Shown here: positions 28,313 through 38,773 of the stretch, piece after piece | Numbering within the stretch: the first letter of the stretch is position 1 | Layout of the letters: each line of letters begins with the position of its first letter | Origin: a virus | Taxonomy: Duplodnaviria > Caudoviricetes | Length of the DNA stretch: 53,277 nucleotides | Virus record (IMG/VR): IMGVR_UViG_3300031975_001497 | Coordinates: 1-53,277 of that record | Direction: 5' to 3' (one strand) | The notes under the pieces: generated by a model | What the model was told of the DNA's origin: nothing | What the model saw: only the letters and a program-made list of their open reading frames with translations | The model's database searches: none | Made by a program: the position numbers and the translations under genes

Positions 28313-28674
28313 TTAATAATAATTCAAAACAAGAGGCAATAAATATTTTGTATAGTAAAGTTAGTCAGTATGAAAAAACTGAATTTGATATAGCTCATAG
28401 ATACGGTGATTTACCAAATAAAATATTAGATACTTTTAAAGGTTTAGATTATACTGTTAATGCCGACTCTACTTGTTATGATAGAGTAAGTGATACACCT
28501 CAGTTTAAATACTGGTATCTTGAGATAAAGTTCATAGATGATAAAGGTCAAGATAACAAAATAAAAGGTTTTATATTAGCAACTGGTAATGGTGAACCAA
28601 TCAAGACAGGTAAAGATGTTGTACAGATTTCAGAAAATTTTAAGACGTATTCATTAAAGGTGATTTTAGTATGA
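28309..28674 (+). CDS. Hypothetical protein
   Basis: 121 aa ORF, ATGA-coupled on both sides. Confidence 0.6.
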   Translation: MINNNSKQEAINILYSKVSQYEKTEFDIAHRYGDLPNKILDTFKGLDYTVNADSTCYDRVSDTPQFKYWYLEIKFIDDKGQDNKIKGFILATGNGEPIKTGKDVVQISENFKTYSLKVILV

Positions 28675-29390
28675 GAATATTCATTTCCACTTCAAATAAA
28701 TATATTCATTTAATGAGACCATTTCAGTATTTATTTAACAAGTTTTGGGATGACTTGCAACCAGTTACAATACTAGGTTATGAAGAACCTACATTCGATT
28801 TATATGATAATTTTGATTTTATATCATTAGGTAAACAAACAACAGTTCAGGATTGGTGTAGTGATTTGAAAAGTTTTTTCGAAACAATTGACGATAAATA
28901 TTTTATACACGCAGTAGAAGACCAATTTATAATTAGACCAGTGAGACTAGATGTGTTATCTGTATTATATGATTTTATGAATGAAGATGTTGGTAGAATT
29001 GCTCTTGAGACTGCAGCTCAAACGAAACCACATACAGTAATACAATCATTACTCGAACCAGACCCACCTAATAGAGAAACACCTGTTATAGAGTTAGACC
29101 AAGAGGCTGACTATAGATTATCAGTTGTGTATTCTATATGGAACAAAGAGTATATGTTGAAGTATTTAGAACCAAATATGAACCCGTGGGAGTTTGAATT
29201 ACAAGGTAGTGAAAAAGCAAAGAACGATGGGTATAAAATTTTAGGAACTAAATATAATCACCCTATTTATTGTAGTCATACAGTAAGACGAGGTGACTTT
29301 AATAATTTAGATTTCACAATATATGATGGTTACAATATGTCAATAGATGATAGTACTTTACAAGAACTAAAAACTTTAGAGTTAATTTAA
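28671..29390 (+). CDS. Putative GT-A fold glycosyltransferase-like protein
   Basis: FIHAVEDQF, SIWNKEY, NPWEFE motifs; context. Confidence 0.55.
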   Translation: MRIFISTSNKYIHLMRPFQYLFNKFWDDLQPVTILGYEEPTFDLYDNFDFISLGKQTTVQDWCSDLKSFFETIDDKYFIHAVEDQFIIRPVRLDVLSVLYDFMNEDVGRIALETAAQTKPHTVIQSLLEPDPPNRETPVIELDQEADYRLSVVYSIWNKEYMLKYLEPNMNPWEFELQGSEKAKNDGYKILGTKYNHPIYCSHTVRRGDFNNLDFTIYDGYNMSIDDSTLQELKTLELI

Positions 29391-30991
29391 TGGATATTAT
29401 TATAGCAGGGTGTAGTATATCAGCTGACACAACAGCTTTAGATGTATCACATAGGTTAAATTCAAAAAATAAAAGTTATCATTCATACCCACATTTTATG
29501 AATAAACTTTTTGGTGAAACTTCAGGCACTCACCAAGAACTCAATAGTGTTAGTATTCATAATATATCAAGAGATGCTGCAGATAACGGTACAATTGCAA
29601 GAAATTTAATGCAGATAACTACTGAACTACTCGAAAAAGGTAAAAAACCTGAAGATATGTATGCTATTGTACAATGGAGTGGAATAGACAGACATAGTCT
29701 TTTTATAAATAAAAATTATGTATCAGTAAATAAATTTTATGATACACAATATAATGGTTGGAGTTTAAGTTCACTTGAACAAGATAAACCTCATTGGAAA
29801 GAATATTTTAGTAGTCATACAGATGAAAAGGCTTTAGATAATACACTAAAAAATGTTAAAAAAACTCAAGAGTTTTTAAATAAAAATGATATAAAACATA
29901 AAATGATATGTGGTTGGCAAATATTTGAAAACGACTTAAACTTAGAAAAACATATAGATATTTCTAATTTTTGGTTTCATTCTAATGAAGATGTTAAATA
30001 CGGTGGTATAATTGAATGGGCAAAGGATAATTTAGAAGAAAAATTTCATACACGAGGTAATGCATCTGCAGCTGGTTATGGTGATTATGATAGAGAAGAT
30101 AAACACCCATCTAATCAAGCTCAACATAGTTTTTTTAATAATGTTATTTTTAATATTATAGGTAAATATATTTTAAAAGATGAATATATAGTTACAACAG
30201 GTTGTAGTTTTACTAACTTTAAAACTACTTGGTCTGATTATCTTGAAGAACAGTTTAAAGATACACCCACAACAGTTTTAAACGTAGGACATAAAGGTAG
30301 TTCAAATGATATTATTCTCAGAGGTTTAATCACATCAGTTGATAATTTATTACGTGAAGGTAAAAAGATTCGTAAAGTAATTATTCAATTAACAACGATG
30401 GAAAGAAAATATATGATTAATCAAGGACAATTTGAAATGTCACCACCAGCACAAAACTTTTTGAAATCATCTTGGTCATCTTGGTTAATGCCAATGAACG
30501 AAGGTTTTAAAAATTCTCACGAGTTTTGGAAAACTTACTGGGAAAATATTCATTCAGATGAGTTACACTTTTTTGAATTACTTGAAAAAATATTCATGGT
30601 TCAATCGTATTTAAAATCTAAAAATATAGATTATACTATGTTTTGTGGTTGGGATTTATTTACTGATAGTACGAATAAAAATATATTTTCAAAAGAAGAA
30701 AAATACGAAAATATAAATAATGAATTATTAAAAGATAAATTTAGTTATTGTAATACAGAAACTCATAACTCGGTGTTTGGTATCAACCATTATTGGGATA
30801 TGATAGATTGGGATAATTGGTGGTTTTTCAACAATGAAAAGATAAAATTTGGTGGTTTGACTGAATGGTCACAATATAATTTAGAAAAAGATAAATGGTA
30901 TCAAGATGATTTACATCCATCATTTGATGCACATAAAAAATTTAAGGATGTAGTTATTTTAGATTTATTATACGGAGGAAATAATGATTAA
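29390..30991 (+). CDS. Tandem SGNH/GDSL-like hydrolase (two domains)
   Basis: Two repeats, each with GCS, CGW, GG..EW and D.HPS. Confidence 0.7.
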   Translation: MDIIIAGCSISADTTALDVSHRLNSKNKSYHSYPHFMNKLFGETSGTHQELNSVSIHNISRDAADNGTIARNLMQITTELLEKGKKPEDMYAIVQWSGIDRHSLFINKNYVSVNKFYDTQYNGWSLSSLEQDKPHWKEYFSSHTDEKALDNTLKNVKKTQEFLNKNDIKHKMICGWQIFENDLNLEKHIDISNFWFHSNEDVKYGGIIEWAKDNLEEKFHTRGNASAAGYGDYDREDKHPSNQAQHSFFNNVIFNIIGKYILKDEYIVTTGCSFTNFKTTWSDYLEEQFKDTPTTVLNVGHKGSSNDIILRGLITSVDNLLREGKKIRKVIIQLTTMERKYMINQGQFEMSPPAQNFLKSSWSSWLMPMNEGFKNSHEFWKTYWENIHSDELHFFELLEKIFMVQSYLKSKNIDYTMFCGWDLFTDSTNKNIFSKEEKYENINNELLKDKFSYCNTETHNSVFGINHYWDMIDWDNWWFFNNEKIKFGGLTEWSQYNLEKDKWYQDDLHPSFDAHKKFKDVVILDLLYGGNND

Positions 30992-32621
30992 AAAAGAAAA
31001 CAAAATTATAGGATTTCATTCTGGACACGATTGTTCATATTCTGTAATGGATAAAGGTATACCAGTTATACATAATGAACTTGAAAGATTCACTCGTAAA
31101 AAAGAACATCTAGGTGATGCTTTAGATTTCATAACTCAGACGTACGATGACTGGAAAAATGTAAAATATTTTACTCACGTTGTGGATAACTGGAAAGGTG
31201 GTCATACAGTTAGATATCCAGATACAGCAAAAATGTTAGATAAACACATTGAAGATGTTGATGGTGAATTTTGGTATTTTGGTCATCACCAATCACATGC
31301 AGCAAATGCTTTTTTTTCAAGTAACTTCGATGAAGCATTAATTGTAACAATCGATGCAGGTGGTTGGGACTTTGTAGAAGAGTGTGAAGGTAAACAACAG
31401 TATGATAAAGATGAAGTTATGGCTACAGGTTGGACAGTTTCTATCGGTAATGGTAATAATATAAAAAGATTAGAAATTAAAGATATATATGATTTCAACA
31501 TTGGTGGTGGTTGGAATAAAATGTTAGAACACGTATTTGATTTATCAACTGGTTATCCTTATGGTAATCAAGCTGGTACAATTATGGCAATGGCTTGTAT
31601 GGGTGATTATAAAAAATATGGTGATTTTTTCAAAGACCGTATACATTTACCACAAGTTATCGACCCTAGAAAAATCAAAGATGTGGTCAAAAAAGGTGGT
31701 GAAGAAGCTCAGTTCGATGTATCGGCAGCAATACAATGGTCTTCTGAGTATCAAATCATTAGAAGACTAGAATATTACGTACACAAGTATAAACCTAAAA
31801 ACTTGTGTTTAGCAGGTGGTGTATCTTTGAACTCTGTGCTTGTTGGTAGATTATATGAATTTTTTGAAGGTATAGTTGAAAACATATACATACCACCTGT
31901 ACCATATGACGCTGGTCTACCAATTGGAGCAAGTCAAATACTTTGGCATGGTGAAAACTTTATGAATCAACCAAGAATTAACTGGAAAGATAATAGTCCG
32001 ACTTATTTAGGGTTTACATATCACGAAGATACCATACAAGAAGCTATTAATAATAATAAAGATAAAGTTACAGCTGAAATTGTTGACGATGAGACTGTTG
32101 TTGATTTATTAACAAAAGATGATAACGTTATATCAGTATATGGTGGTGGTTCAGAATCAGGTCGTAGAGCTTTAGGTAACAGAAGTATTCTTGCTGACCC
32201 TCGAAGTAAAAATATGAAAGATATTATAAATGAAAAAGTAAAACATAGACAATGGTTTAGACCATTTGCTCCATCAATCATTAGAGAAGATGTAAATGAG
32301 TGGTTTGAAAGAGACATAGATAGTCCTTATATGACTACAGTAATTAAATTTCATAAAGACGCTAGAGAAAAAGTACCAGCAGTAGTTCATTTTGATGGTT
32401 CAGCTAGATTACAAACCGTTACAGAAAGTGATAACAAATGGTATTATAACTTCATTAAAAAGTTCAAAGAAAAAACAGGTGTACCAATTGTACTGAACAC
32501 AAGTTTTAATGATAGAGAACCTATTGTTGAAACACCAGAACACGCAATAAATTGTTTTTTACGAACAGATATAGACTATTTATATTTTAATGAACCAAAG
32601 ATACTACTTAAAAAAGTATAG
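30984..32621 (+). CDS. Carbamoyltransferase, NodU/CmcH/TobZ family
   Basis: HD, ELERFTRKK, HHQSHAA, AGGVSLN, ESGRRALGNRSILADPR, RQWFRPFAP, LNTSFN. Confidence 0.93.
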   Translation: MIKKENKIIGFHSGHDCSYSVMDKGIPVIHNELERFTRKKEHLGDALDFITQTYDDWKNVKYFTHVVDNWKGGHTVRYPDTAKMLDKHIEDVDGEFWYFGHHQSHAANAFFSSNFDEALIVTIDAGGWDFVEECEGKQQYDKDEVMATGWTVSIGNGNNIKRLEIKDIYDFNIGGGWNKMLEHVFDLSTGYPYGNQAGTIMAMACMGDYKKYGDFFKDRIHLPQVIDPRKIKDVVKKGGEEAQFDVSAAIQWSSEYQIIRRLEYYVHKYKPKNLCLAGGVSLNSVLVGRLYEFFEGIVENIYIPPVPYDAGLPIGASQILWHGENFMNQPRINWKDNSPTYLGFTYHEDTIQEAINNNKDKVTAEIVDDETVVDLLTKDDNVISVYGGGSESGRRALGNRSILADPRSKNMKDIINEKVKHRQWFRPFAPSIIREDVNEWFERDIDSPYMTTVIKFHKDAREKVPAVVHFDGSARLQTVTESDNKWYYNFIKKFKEKTGVPIVLNTSFNDREPIVETPEHAINCFLRTDIDYLYFNEPKILLKKV

Positions 32622-32629
32622 GAGAAGTA

Positions 32630-32809
32630 ATGTTAAAAAATTGGGTATACTATATGAGAAAAGGTATTCAATCGATGTTCAAGAGTAAAAAACAAAAAAA
32701 ACTTGAAACAAAAATGAAACAAATAAGACAAAAAGACCCATTTGTCTACTGGTCAGATGAAGAATGGGACCGAGATAAAATAGACTTACCTAAAATTAAA
32801 AAGAAATAA
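32630..32809 (+). CDS. Small basic 59 aa protein (not in ORF track)
   Basis: GGAG SD; MLKNWVYY...KDPFVYW...LPKIKKK; fills the intergenic gap. Confidence 0.6.
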   Translation: MLKNWVYYMRKGIQSMFKSKKQKKLETKMKQIRQKDPFVYWSDEEWDRDKIDLPKIKKK

Positions 32810-32810
32810 T

Positions 32811-33548
32811 ATGCAATTTACTTTCGGTATAACAACAACAAAAGAACCACAACGAATGTCTCGAAATACTAATAACCATATTAGAGAGATGATTGAAGCT
32901 ATCAGAGAAAATAAAATACCCGATGATAGTTATGAAATTATTATCGTTGGTGGTGACGATGAATATCAAAATGATAACGATGTTACACATTTTGAGTTTG
33001 ATGACATAAACCCTAGACCAGGTTGGTTTACACGAAAAAAGAATATGATTACAGAGAATGCTAAATTTAATAATATAGTTTTTTCACACGATTATATAAG
33101 ACTTGACAAAGATTGGTACAACGGGTTTCTGAAGTTTGGTGATGATTGGGATATTTGTATGTGTATTCATAAAGCAATAGAAGGTCATAGATTTAGAGAT
33201 TGGTTAGCATGGGATGACCCAGATTTATGTTATAATGTTGATGGATTTGACCATAGAATCGCATTAGTCCCGTATGATTATACAAAAACCCAATACATGC
33301 AAATCTCTGGATTTTGGTGGGTTGCAAAGAAAACTGTAATGCAACAAGACCCATTAGATGAAAAATTAGCTTGGGGTGATGCAGAAGATGTTGAGTGGTC
33401 AATGAGAGTAAGAGACAAGTACAACTATGTTATGAATACCAATTCAGTCGTAGAAGTTTTGAGACGAAATAAAAGACTATCATCTTATTATGTCGAAGGT
33501 AATGATAAGTATTACAATACTAATTGGTTAGATGAATGGAAACTGTAA
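32811..33548 (+). CDS. GT2-like glycosyltransferase
   Basis: FTFGI, YEIIIVG, KKN..TENAKF.NIVFSHD, AEDVEWS.R. Confidence 0.75.
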   Translation: MQFTFGITTTKEPQRMSRNTNNHIREMIEAIRENKIPDDSYEIIIVGGDDEYQNDNDVTHFEFDDINPRPGWFTRKKNMITENAKFNNIVFSHDYIRLDKDWYNGFLKFGDDWDICMCIHKAIEGHRFRDWLAWDDPDLCYNVDGFDHRIALVPYDYTKTQYMQISGFWWVAKKTVMQQDPLDEKLAWGDAEDVEWSMRVRDKYNYVMNTNSVVEVLRRNKRLSSYYVEGNDKYYNTNWLDEWKL

Positions 33549-34258
33549 AGAAAAATTTACACAAAGACAAGAGATGTTTTATCGTTGGTACTGGAAGTAG
33601 TTTAGATAACGTAGATATGTCGTTATTAGAAAATGAAATAACCATTGGTATCAATTTAATACTTCACAAAAAAGATTTTGTACCTGATTATTTATGTGTA
33701 GCAGATACTCAAGTAATAAAACATAATTACGATACAGTATTTTCTGATAGAATGTCTAATGGTACTTATGTGATAGGTAATGGTTGTAAAATGACAGGTA
33801 AAGGTAATTGCACAAACGGTCCAGGCTCTACTTGTATCGGGGTACAATTAGACCCTACATTTAAAAATATCTATACATTAGAACATTGGGAAAAAAGTGG
33901 TATATTTATTAATCACGTTAATGATGAAAGAGATAATTTATTAAAAACTGAAGAGTATTATATCGATACAGAAAATTTTAAAGTGTTCACTTCATATGGT
34001 GGTAGTACAGTTGATAATTTAGCTATACCATTAGCTGTGTATTTAGGGTTTAAAGAAATATACTTATTAGGGTGTGACGGTGGTTGGAATCATTTCTATG
34101 ACGCAGTACAAAAACCAGGTAAACGAGAGTGGATAAATTATAATCACGTAAAAAAAGAGCTTGACAAGTATAGTGTAAATTTATTAAATTGTGATGCTAC
34201 AAACGCTTTTCAAGAACTTGAATATAAAAAGTTAGATGAGGTTTTAAATGAATTTTAA
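33536..34258 (+). CDS. DUF115 / Maf-like (MptE-like) transferase
   Basis: CFIVGTGSSL, TIGIN, PDYLCVAD, AVYLGFKEIYLLGCD. Confidence 0.78.
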   Translation: METVKKNLHKDKRCFIVGTGSSLDNVDMSLLENEITIGINLILHKKDFVPDYLCVADTQVIKHNYDTVFSDRMSNGTYVIGNGCKMTGKGNCTNGPGSTCIGVQLDPTFKNIYTLEHWEKSGIFINHVNDERDNLLKTEEYYIDTENFKVFTSYGGSTVDNLAIPLAVYLGFKEIYLLGCDGGWNHFYDAVQKPGKREWINYNHVKKELDKYSVNLLNCDATNAFQELEYKKLDEVLNEF

Positions 34259-34964
34259 TGATATAGAAAATTTTAAATACAAAGGTATTGCAAAAGGTAT
34301 TGTTGAGGATTTAAATAACAATATCAATGGTAGAGTAGCTTTGAACAATATGTTACAATCAACTCACGTTTTATATATAATAAAAAATTTATTAGGTGAT
34401 AAATGTAAAACAGTATTAGAGATTGGTACATTGTGGGGTGGTGCATTGTTAACGATGATGCAAACTGAACATAAGTCAAAATTTGTATCAATAGATATGT
34501 TTGAAGGTTTTTATCCAGAGTTATTAGGTGAGGGAAATAGTGACCAAAACTTTGGTGTAAATACATTAGAATTAGTTACTGAAAACATAGAGAAAAATAA
34601 TGAATGGAAACACGAATATGATTTAATTAAAGGTTCATCACACGATTCAAAAGTTATAAATTATGTAAAAGAAAACTACCCTGAGATTGATTTACTTTTT
34701 ATTGACGGTGACCATACAAAGAAAGGTGTATTACAGGATTGGGATGATTATTCAAATTTAGTAACTAAAGGTGGTATCGTTGTGTTCGATGATTATTGGG
34801 TAGGTAAATATGAAAGAGCAGCTTGGAGAAAAGAAGATGATGAAGGTGTAAAATGGATGGATGTTGTTGGAGCTGTTGATGAGATAATTAATAATAAAAC
34901 ATTTTTAAGAAATTGGAAAGACGTTGGTCTTTTTGGTGACAAAAAAATTATTGAAAGGCTATAA
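34248..34964 (+). CDS. Class I SAM-dependent methyltransferase (Methyltransf_24-like)
   Basis: VLEIGTLWGG, IDLLFIDGDH, GGIVVFDDY. Confidence 0.88.
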   Translation: MNFNDIENFKYKGIAKGIVEDLNNNINGRVALNNMLQSTHVLYIIKNLLGDKCKTVLEIGTLWGGALLTMMQTEHKSKFVSIDMFEGFYPELLGEGNSDQNFGVNTLELVTENIEKNNEWKHEYDLIKGSSHDSKVINYVKENYPEIDLLFIDGDHTKKGVLQDWDDYSNLVTKGGIVVFDDYWVGKYERAAWRKEDDEGVKWMDVVGAVDEIINNKTFLRNWKDVGLFGDKKIIERL

Positions 34965-35416
34965 TGAAACAAACAATTGAAATTAAAACAGATAAACTAT
35001 TCACAATTATAACACCAACAGTTGAGCGTTATGCTAAAGAGTGGGGTAAAAGTGGTATAGTTCACATCTACACAACACATACAACAACATCACTTAGAGT
35101 TTTAGAAAATGAATTATTACATCACGCTGATATTAGATTTTGGTTAGATAAATATTTACCAAAACATAAACCCGATAACAGAAGATATTTACACGATTTG
35201 ATATCACTACGAAACGATGTACCACCAGAGGAAAGAATAAATGCATATTCACATATGAGGTCACTATTTTTTAACACCTCTGAGACGATACCTGTTGAAG
35301 AAGGTTGGTTGATGTTAGGTAAATGGCAAGATATACATTTTCTTGAATTAGACCCAGGTGATAATGTATACCCTCAACAAACAAGAAAAATTATTTGTAC
35401 TTTTATTGAAGAATGA
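34964..35416 (+). CDS. yjbQ: YjbQ/UPF0047 family protein
   Basis: HTT...ENE, YLHD, NAYSH, LGKWQDIHFLELD. Confidence 0.85.
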   Translation: MKQTIEIKTDKLFTIITPTVERYAKEWGKSGIVHIYTTHTTTSLRVLENELLHHADIRFWLDKYLPKHKPDNRRYLHDLISLRNDVPPEERINAYSHMRSLFFNTSETIPVEEGWLMLGKWQDIHFLELDPGDNVYPQQTRKIICTFIEE

Positions 35417-36063
35417 AGTTTTTTATAATAATAAAAGAAAAATCTGAACGATTACCAAATAAAAACTTTTTGGATTTAGGTGGTATACCATTATATAAAC
35501 ATTTGTTAAACACATTAAAAACTCAAGATGTATATATAGATACAGATAGTGATACAATAATTAATGAATGTAAAACTTTAGATAAAGTAACTTGTTATAA
35601 AAGAGATGCTACACACGTAGAACTGGAGAATAATATTGAATTTGGAGTAAGTCCTGTACTACTTATGATAGAGAACTTTCTTAACAAATATGTTCAAGAT
35701 GAGAATGAAGTTATTATAACACCTCACGTTACATCACCGTTTATTACATTAAAAACAATGTTAGATGCAACAAAGATGTTATCAGAATACGATACAGTAT
35801 GTGCTTGTACAGAACATCAAGAATTTACTTACTTTAAAGGAGAACCAGTGAACTTTAATCCTGATGTAGTTTCTAAAACACAAGACTTAGAACCAGTGAT
35901 AATGGGTAACGGTGCTTTCTTTATTTTTACAAAAAAAGAGTTTATAAAGAATAAAAATAGAACGAGTGAAAATAACTACTTTTATCCAATAAACTTTCCC
36001 GAGAGTGTTGAAATAGACACACTCGATGATTTTAAACTAGCGGAGATGTATGAACTTAGTTGA
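35413..36063 (+). CDS. Acylneuraminate/ulosonate cytidylyltransferase (NeuA-like)
   Basis: SERLPNKN, DTDS, TSPF, TQDL, EIDTLDDF. Confidence 0.85.
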   Translation: MKFFIIIKEKSERLPNKNFLDLGGIPLYKHLLNTLKTQDVYIDTDSDTIINECKTLDKVTCYKRDATHVELENNIEFGVSPVLLMIENFLNKYVQDENEVIITPHVTSPFITLKTMLDATKMLSEYDTVCACTEHQEFTYFKGEPVNFNPDVVSKTQDLEPVIMGNGAFFIFTKKEFIKNKNRTSENNYFYPINFPESVEIDTLDDFKLAEMYELS

Positions 36064-37003
36064 TGTTACATTAAGAGATGGTGGATTTACTTGTGATTTT
36101 GATTGGCCTATGGAGTTCACACAAGAGTATTATAATTTGATGTGTGAATTAGATGTTAGTTATGTAGAAATGGGTTATTGGAAACAAACTGCAAAAAGTA
36201 AAAATAGATTTTTTAATTTAGATATCGAAACAGTCAAAGAAGTTACAGGTGAACAAGGTAAAAATAATGTATCAGTAATGATTGACTATTCTTATTGTAG
36301 TAAAGATTTAAACGACTACCCTACAGACAATCAAAATGAAATTAAAATGATTAGAATGACGTGTAGAAAAGATATGGTTGAAGAAGGTTTTAATTTCGCA
36401 CAGAAGTTAAAAAAACATACTAACTTAGAGATAGCATTTAATCTTTTCAACACAACTAACTATACAGACGATGAACTTAACTCAGCACTTGATATAGTTC
36501 TTGATTCTGATTTTGATATTATAGGTTTTGCAGATACACACGGACATTTAAACTTACATAAAGATATAAAAAGATATGAACACTTTTTCAAGAGAATAAA
36601 AGACTCTGGTAAGAATACTTGTTTTCATCTACATAACCATACAGGTAAAGCATATATGAATTATATTATGTGTCTCGATAGTCCTTATGTAGATTTTTGT
36701 GATACGTCAGTAATGTCATTAGGTAAAGGTGCTGGAAATCTAAAGTTAGAAAATGTTTTAGATAATAATAAAGCATTAAGATTAAATCAGTTTATTCACA
36801 AGTATTATGAATCATTATTTAAAAAAACAGTAAGTCCATATCTTATGGTTACTGGTAGATATAGTATTACAGACCATTATGCTACACAAGCTAGAAAGTT
36901 AAATTTAGATATGGAAAGCTTCTCAGAGTTTTGTAATACAGTAGAAGGTTTAAATAGAGATAACTTTGATAAAACACTTCTTGAAAATTGGAGAGTATCT
37001 TGA
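36050..37003 (+). CDS. HMGL-like (DRE-TIM) pyruvate aldolase
   Basis: DVTLRDGG, FADTHG, FHLHN, GKGAGNLKLE. Confidence 0.85.
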   Translation: MNLVDVTLRDGGFTCDFDWPMEFTQEYYNLMCELDVSYVEMGYWKQTAKSKNRFFNLDIETVKEVTGEQGKNNVSVMIDYSYCSKDLNDYPTDNQNEIKMIRMTCRKDMVEEGFNFAQKLKKHTNLEIAFNLFNTTNYTDDELNSALDIVLDSDFDIIGFADTHGHLNLHKDIKRYEHFFKRIKDSGKNTCFHLHNHTGKAYMNYIMCLDSPYVDFCDTSVMSLGKGAGNLKLENVLDNNKALRLNQFIHKYYESLFKKTVSPYLMVTGRYSITDHYATQARKLNLDMESFSEFCNTVEGLNRDNFDKTLLENWRVS

Positions 37004-37704
37004 GTAATATATTAATTACAGGTATAAGTTCTGGTATAGGTAAAGCATTAGCAAAAACTTACTCTAATAATGGTTATGAAATATACGGTCTTAGTAGAAC
37101 AAAAAGTAATGAGTATAACCACGTAGAATGTGATTTAGAAAAAGTTTATGATATTTCATACAAATTGTCAACGTTATTAAAAAATGTTGAACAGATAGAT
37201 GTTGTGTATTTAAACGCTGGTGTGCTAGGTAATATAGAATATTTAAATAATATAAAACTTCACGACCTTGAAACTTCTTTTACAATTAACACTTGGGCTA
37301 ACAAAGTAATTATTGAGTATCTAATAACGAATAATATAAATGTTAAGCAAGTCGTTGCGATATCTTCTGGTGCATCTCAAAAAACGTACACGGGCTGGGG
37401 TGAATACTCTATATCTAAAGCAGCTCTTAATATGATGATACAAGTTTATGCAGAGGAGAATCCAGACATACATTTTTTGTCAGTATCACCTGGACCTGTT
37501 GATACACCAATGCAAGATTACATAAACAAAAATATAGACGGTCGTAAATATAAATGGAAAAAGAAGTTTTCTGATATGAAAAAAAATAATGATTTACCAA
37601 AAGCAAGTTGGGTTGCGGATAACTTACACCAGATAATGCCAACTTTAAAAAAATACAAAAGTGGTAGTTTCTTAGATTTAAGAAATCTACAATTTTTAAT
37701 ATAG
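37000..37704 (+). CDS. Short-chain dehydrogenase/reductase
   Basis: TGISSGIG, NAG, ISSGA, YSISK, PGPVDT. TTG 37000 after GGAG is preferred over 36988. Confidence 0.9.
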   Translation: MSNILITGISSGIGKALAKTYSNNGYEIYGLSRTKSNEYNHVECDLEKVYDISYKLSTLLKNVEQIDVVYLNAGVLGNIEYLNNIKLHDLETSFTINTWANKVIIEYLITNNINVKQVVAISSGASQKTYTGWGEYSISKAALNMMIQVYAEENPDIHFLSVSPGPVDTPMQDYINKNIDGRKYKWKKKFSDMKKNNDLPKASWVADNLHQIMPTLKKYKSGSFLDLRNLQFLI

Positions 37705-37714
37705 GGATATAAAT

Positions 37715-38773
37715 ATGAAGAACTTAATAGTAACAGCAGCTGGTCTTTCAACACGTTTCGAAGGACTGAAACCGAAATGGATGTTGACTCACCCTAAAGG
37801 TAACTGGATGATAGTTGAAGCATTAAAGGCTTTTGATTTTAAATCAGTTGATAAGGTTTATTTATCATTTCTACGAAATCATATCGAACAATATAATTGT
37901 TTAGACGCAATAAAACTATGTATTACAGAGTTAGGTATCGAAGACAAAACTGAAATAGTGCTATTAGATGAACAAACAAAGAATCAACCACATACAGTTT
38001 ATAATGTTATCAAACAGGCCAATATAAAAGGTCAGATAATAATAAAAGAAGTAGACAATTATTTTACTTATAAAGTTGAAGATGGTAACTATATGTGTTA
38101 TTACGATTTAAATGACACTACTTCAATTAACCCTTCAAATAAAAGTTATATCACTATTGATGATAAAGGTTACATAACAGACTTGGTTGAGAAAAAAGTA
38201 ATATCATCAACATTTGGTTGTGGTAGTTATTCTTTTGAAACAGCAGTTGATTTCTGTAATTACTTTGAAACTCTACAAAAAGATAATCTATTTTTATCTG
38301 ATATTATTTATAATATGGTACTCGATGGTTATAAGTTTAAAGCTGTAAAATCTACAGATTACATAGATTGGGGTACTAAAGAGGACTGGTTTAATTATGT
38401 TAGACAATATAAAACACTATTTGTTGATTTAGACGGGACATTAGTCAAGAGCTCAGGTAAATACACACCACCTTATTGGGGTGAAACAGAAGGTATTAAA
38501 GAAAACATTGAGTTTTTAAATGAACTATATGATACAGGTAAAGTTTATATTATATTAACTACAGCAAGAAGTTCAGATGCTAAAGAGGCTACGCTAGAAC
38601 AATTAGAACGTGAAGGTATAAAGTATGATAATATTATATTTAATTTGTTTCACGCCAATAGAACAATAATAAATGATTACGGTACATCAAATCCATACCC
38701 AACGTGTGATGCTGTGAATTTAGTTAGAAATTCAAATGAATTAGAGAGATTTTTAAAGGATTTAGGTAAATGA
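37715..38773 (+). CDS. Sugar-phosphate nucleotidyltransferase-like domain fused to a HAD phosphatase
   Basis: AAGLSTRF..KPK, VEKKVIS, DWGT; then FVDLDGTL, TTAR, IIND. Confidence 0.8.
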   Translation: MKNLIVTAAGLSTRFEGLKPKWMLTHPKGNWMIVEALKAFDFKSVDKVYLSFLRNHIEQYNCLDAIKLCITELGIEDKTEIVLLDEQTKNQPHTVYNVIKQANIKGQIIIKEVDNYFTYKVEDGNYMCYYDLNDTTSINPSNKSYITIDDKGYITDLVEKKVISSTFGCGSYSFETAVDFCNYFETLQKDNLFLSDIIYNMVLDGYKFKAVKSTDYIDWGTKEDWFNYVRQYKTLFVDLDGTLVKSSGKYTPPYWGETEGIKENIEFLNELYDTGKVYIILTTARSSDAKEATLEQLEREGIKYDNIIFNLFHANRTIINDYGTSNPYPTCDAVNLVRNSNELERFLKDLGK

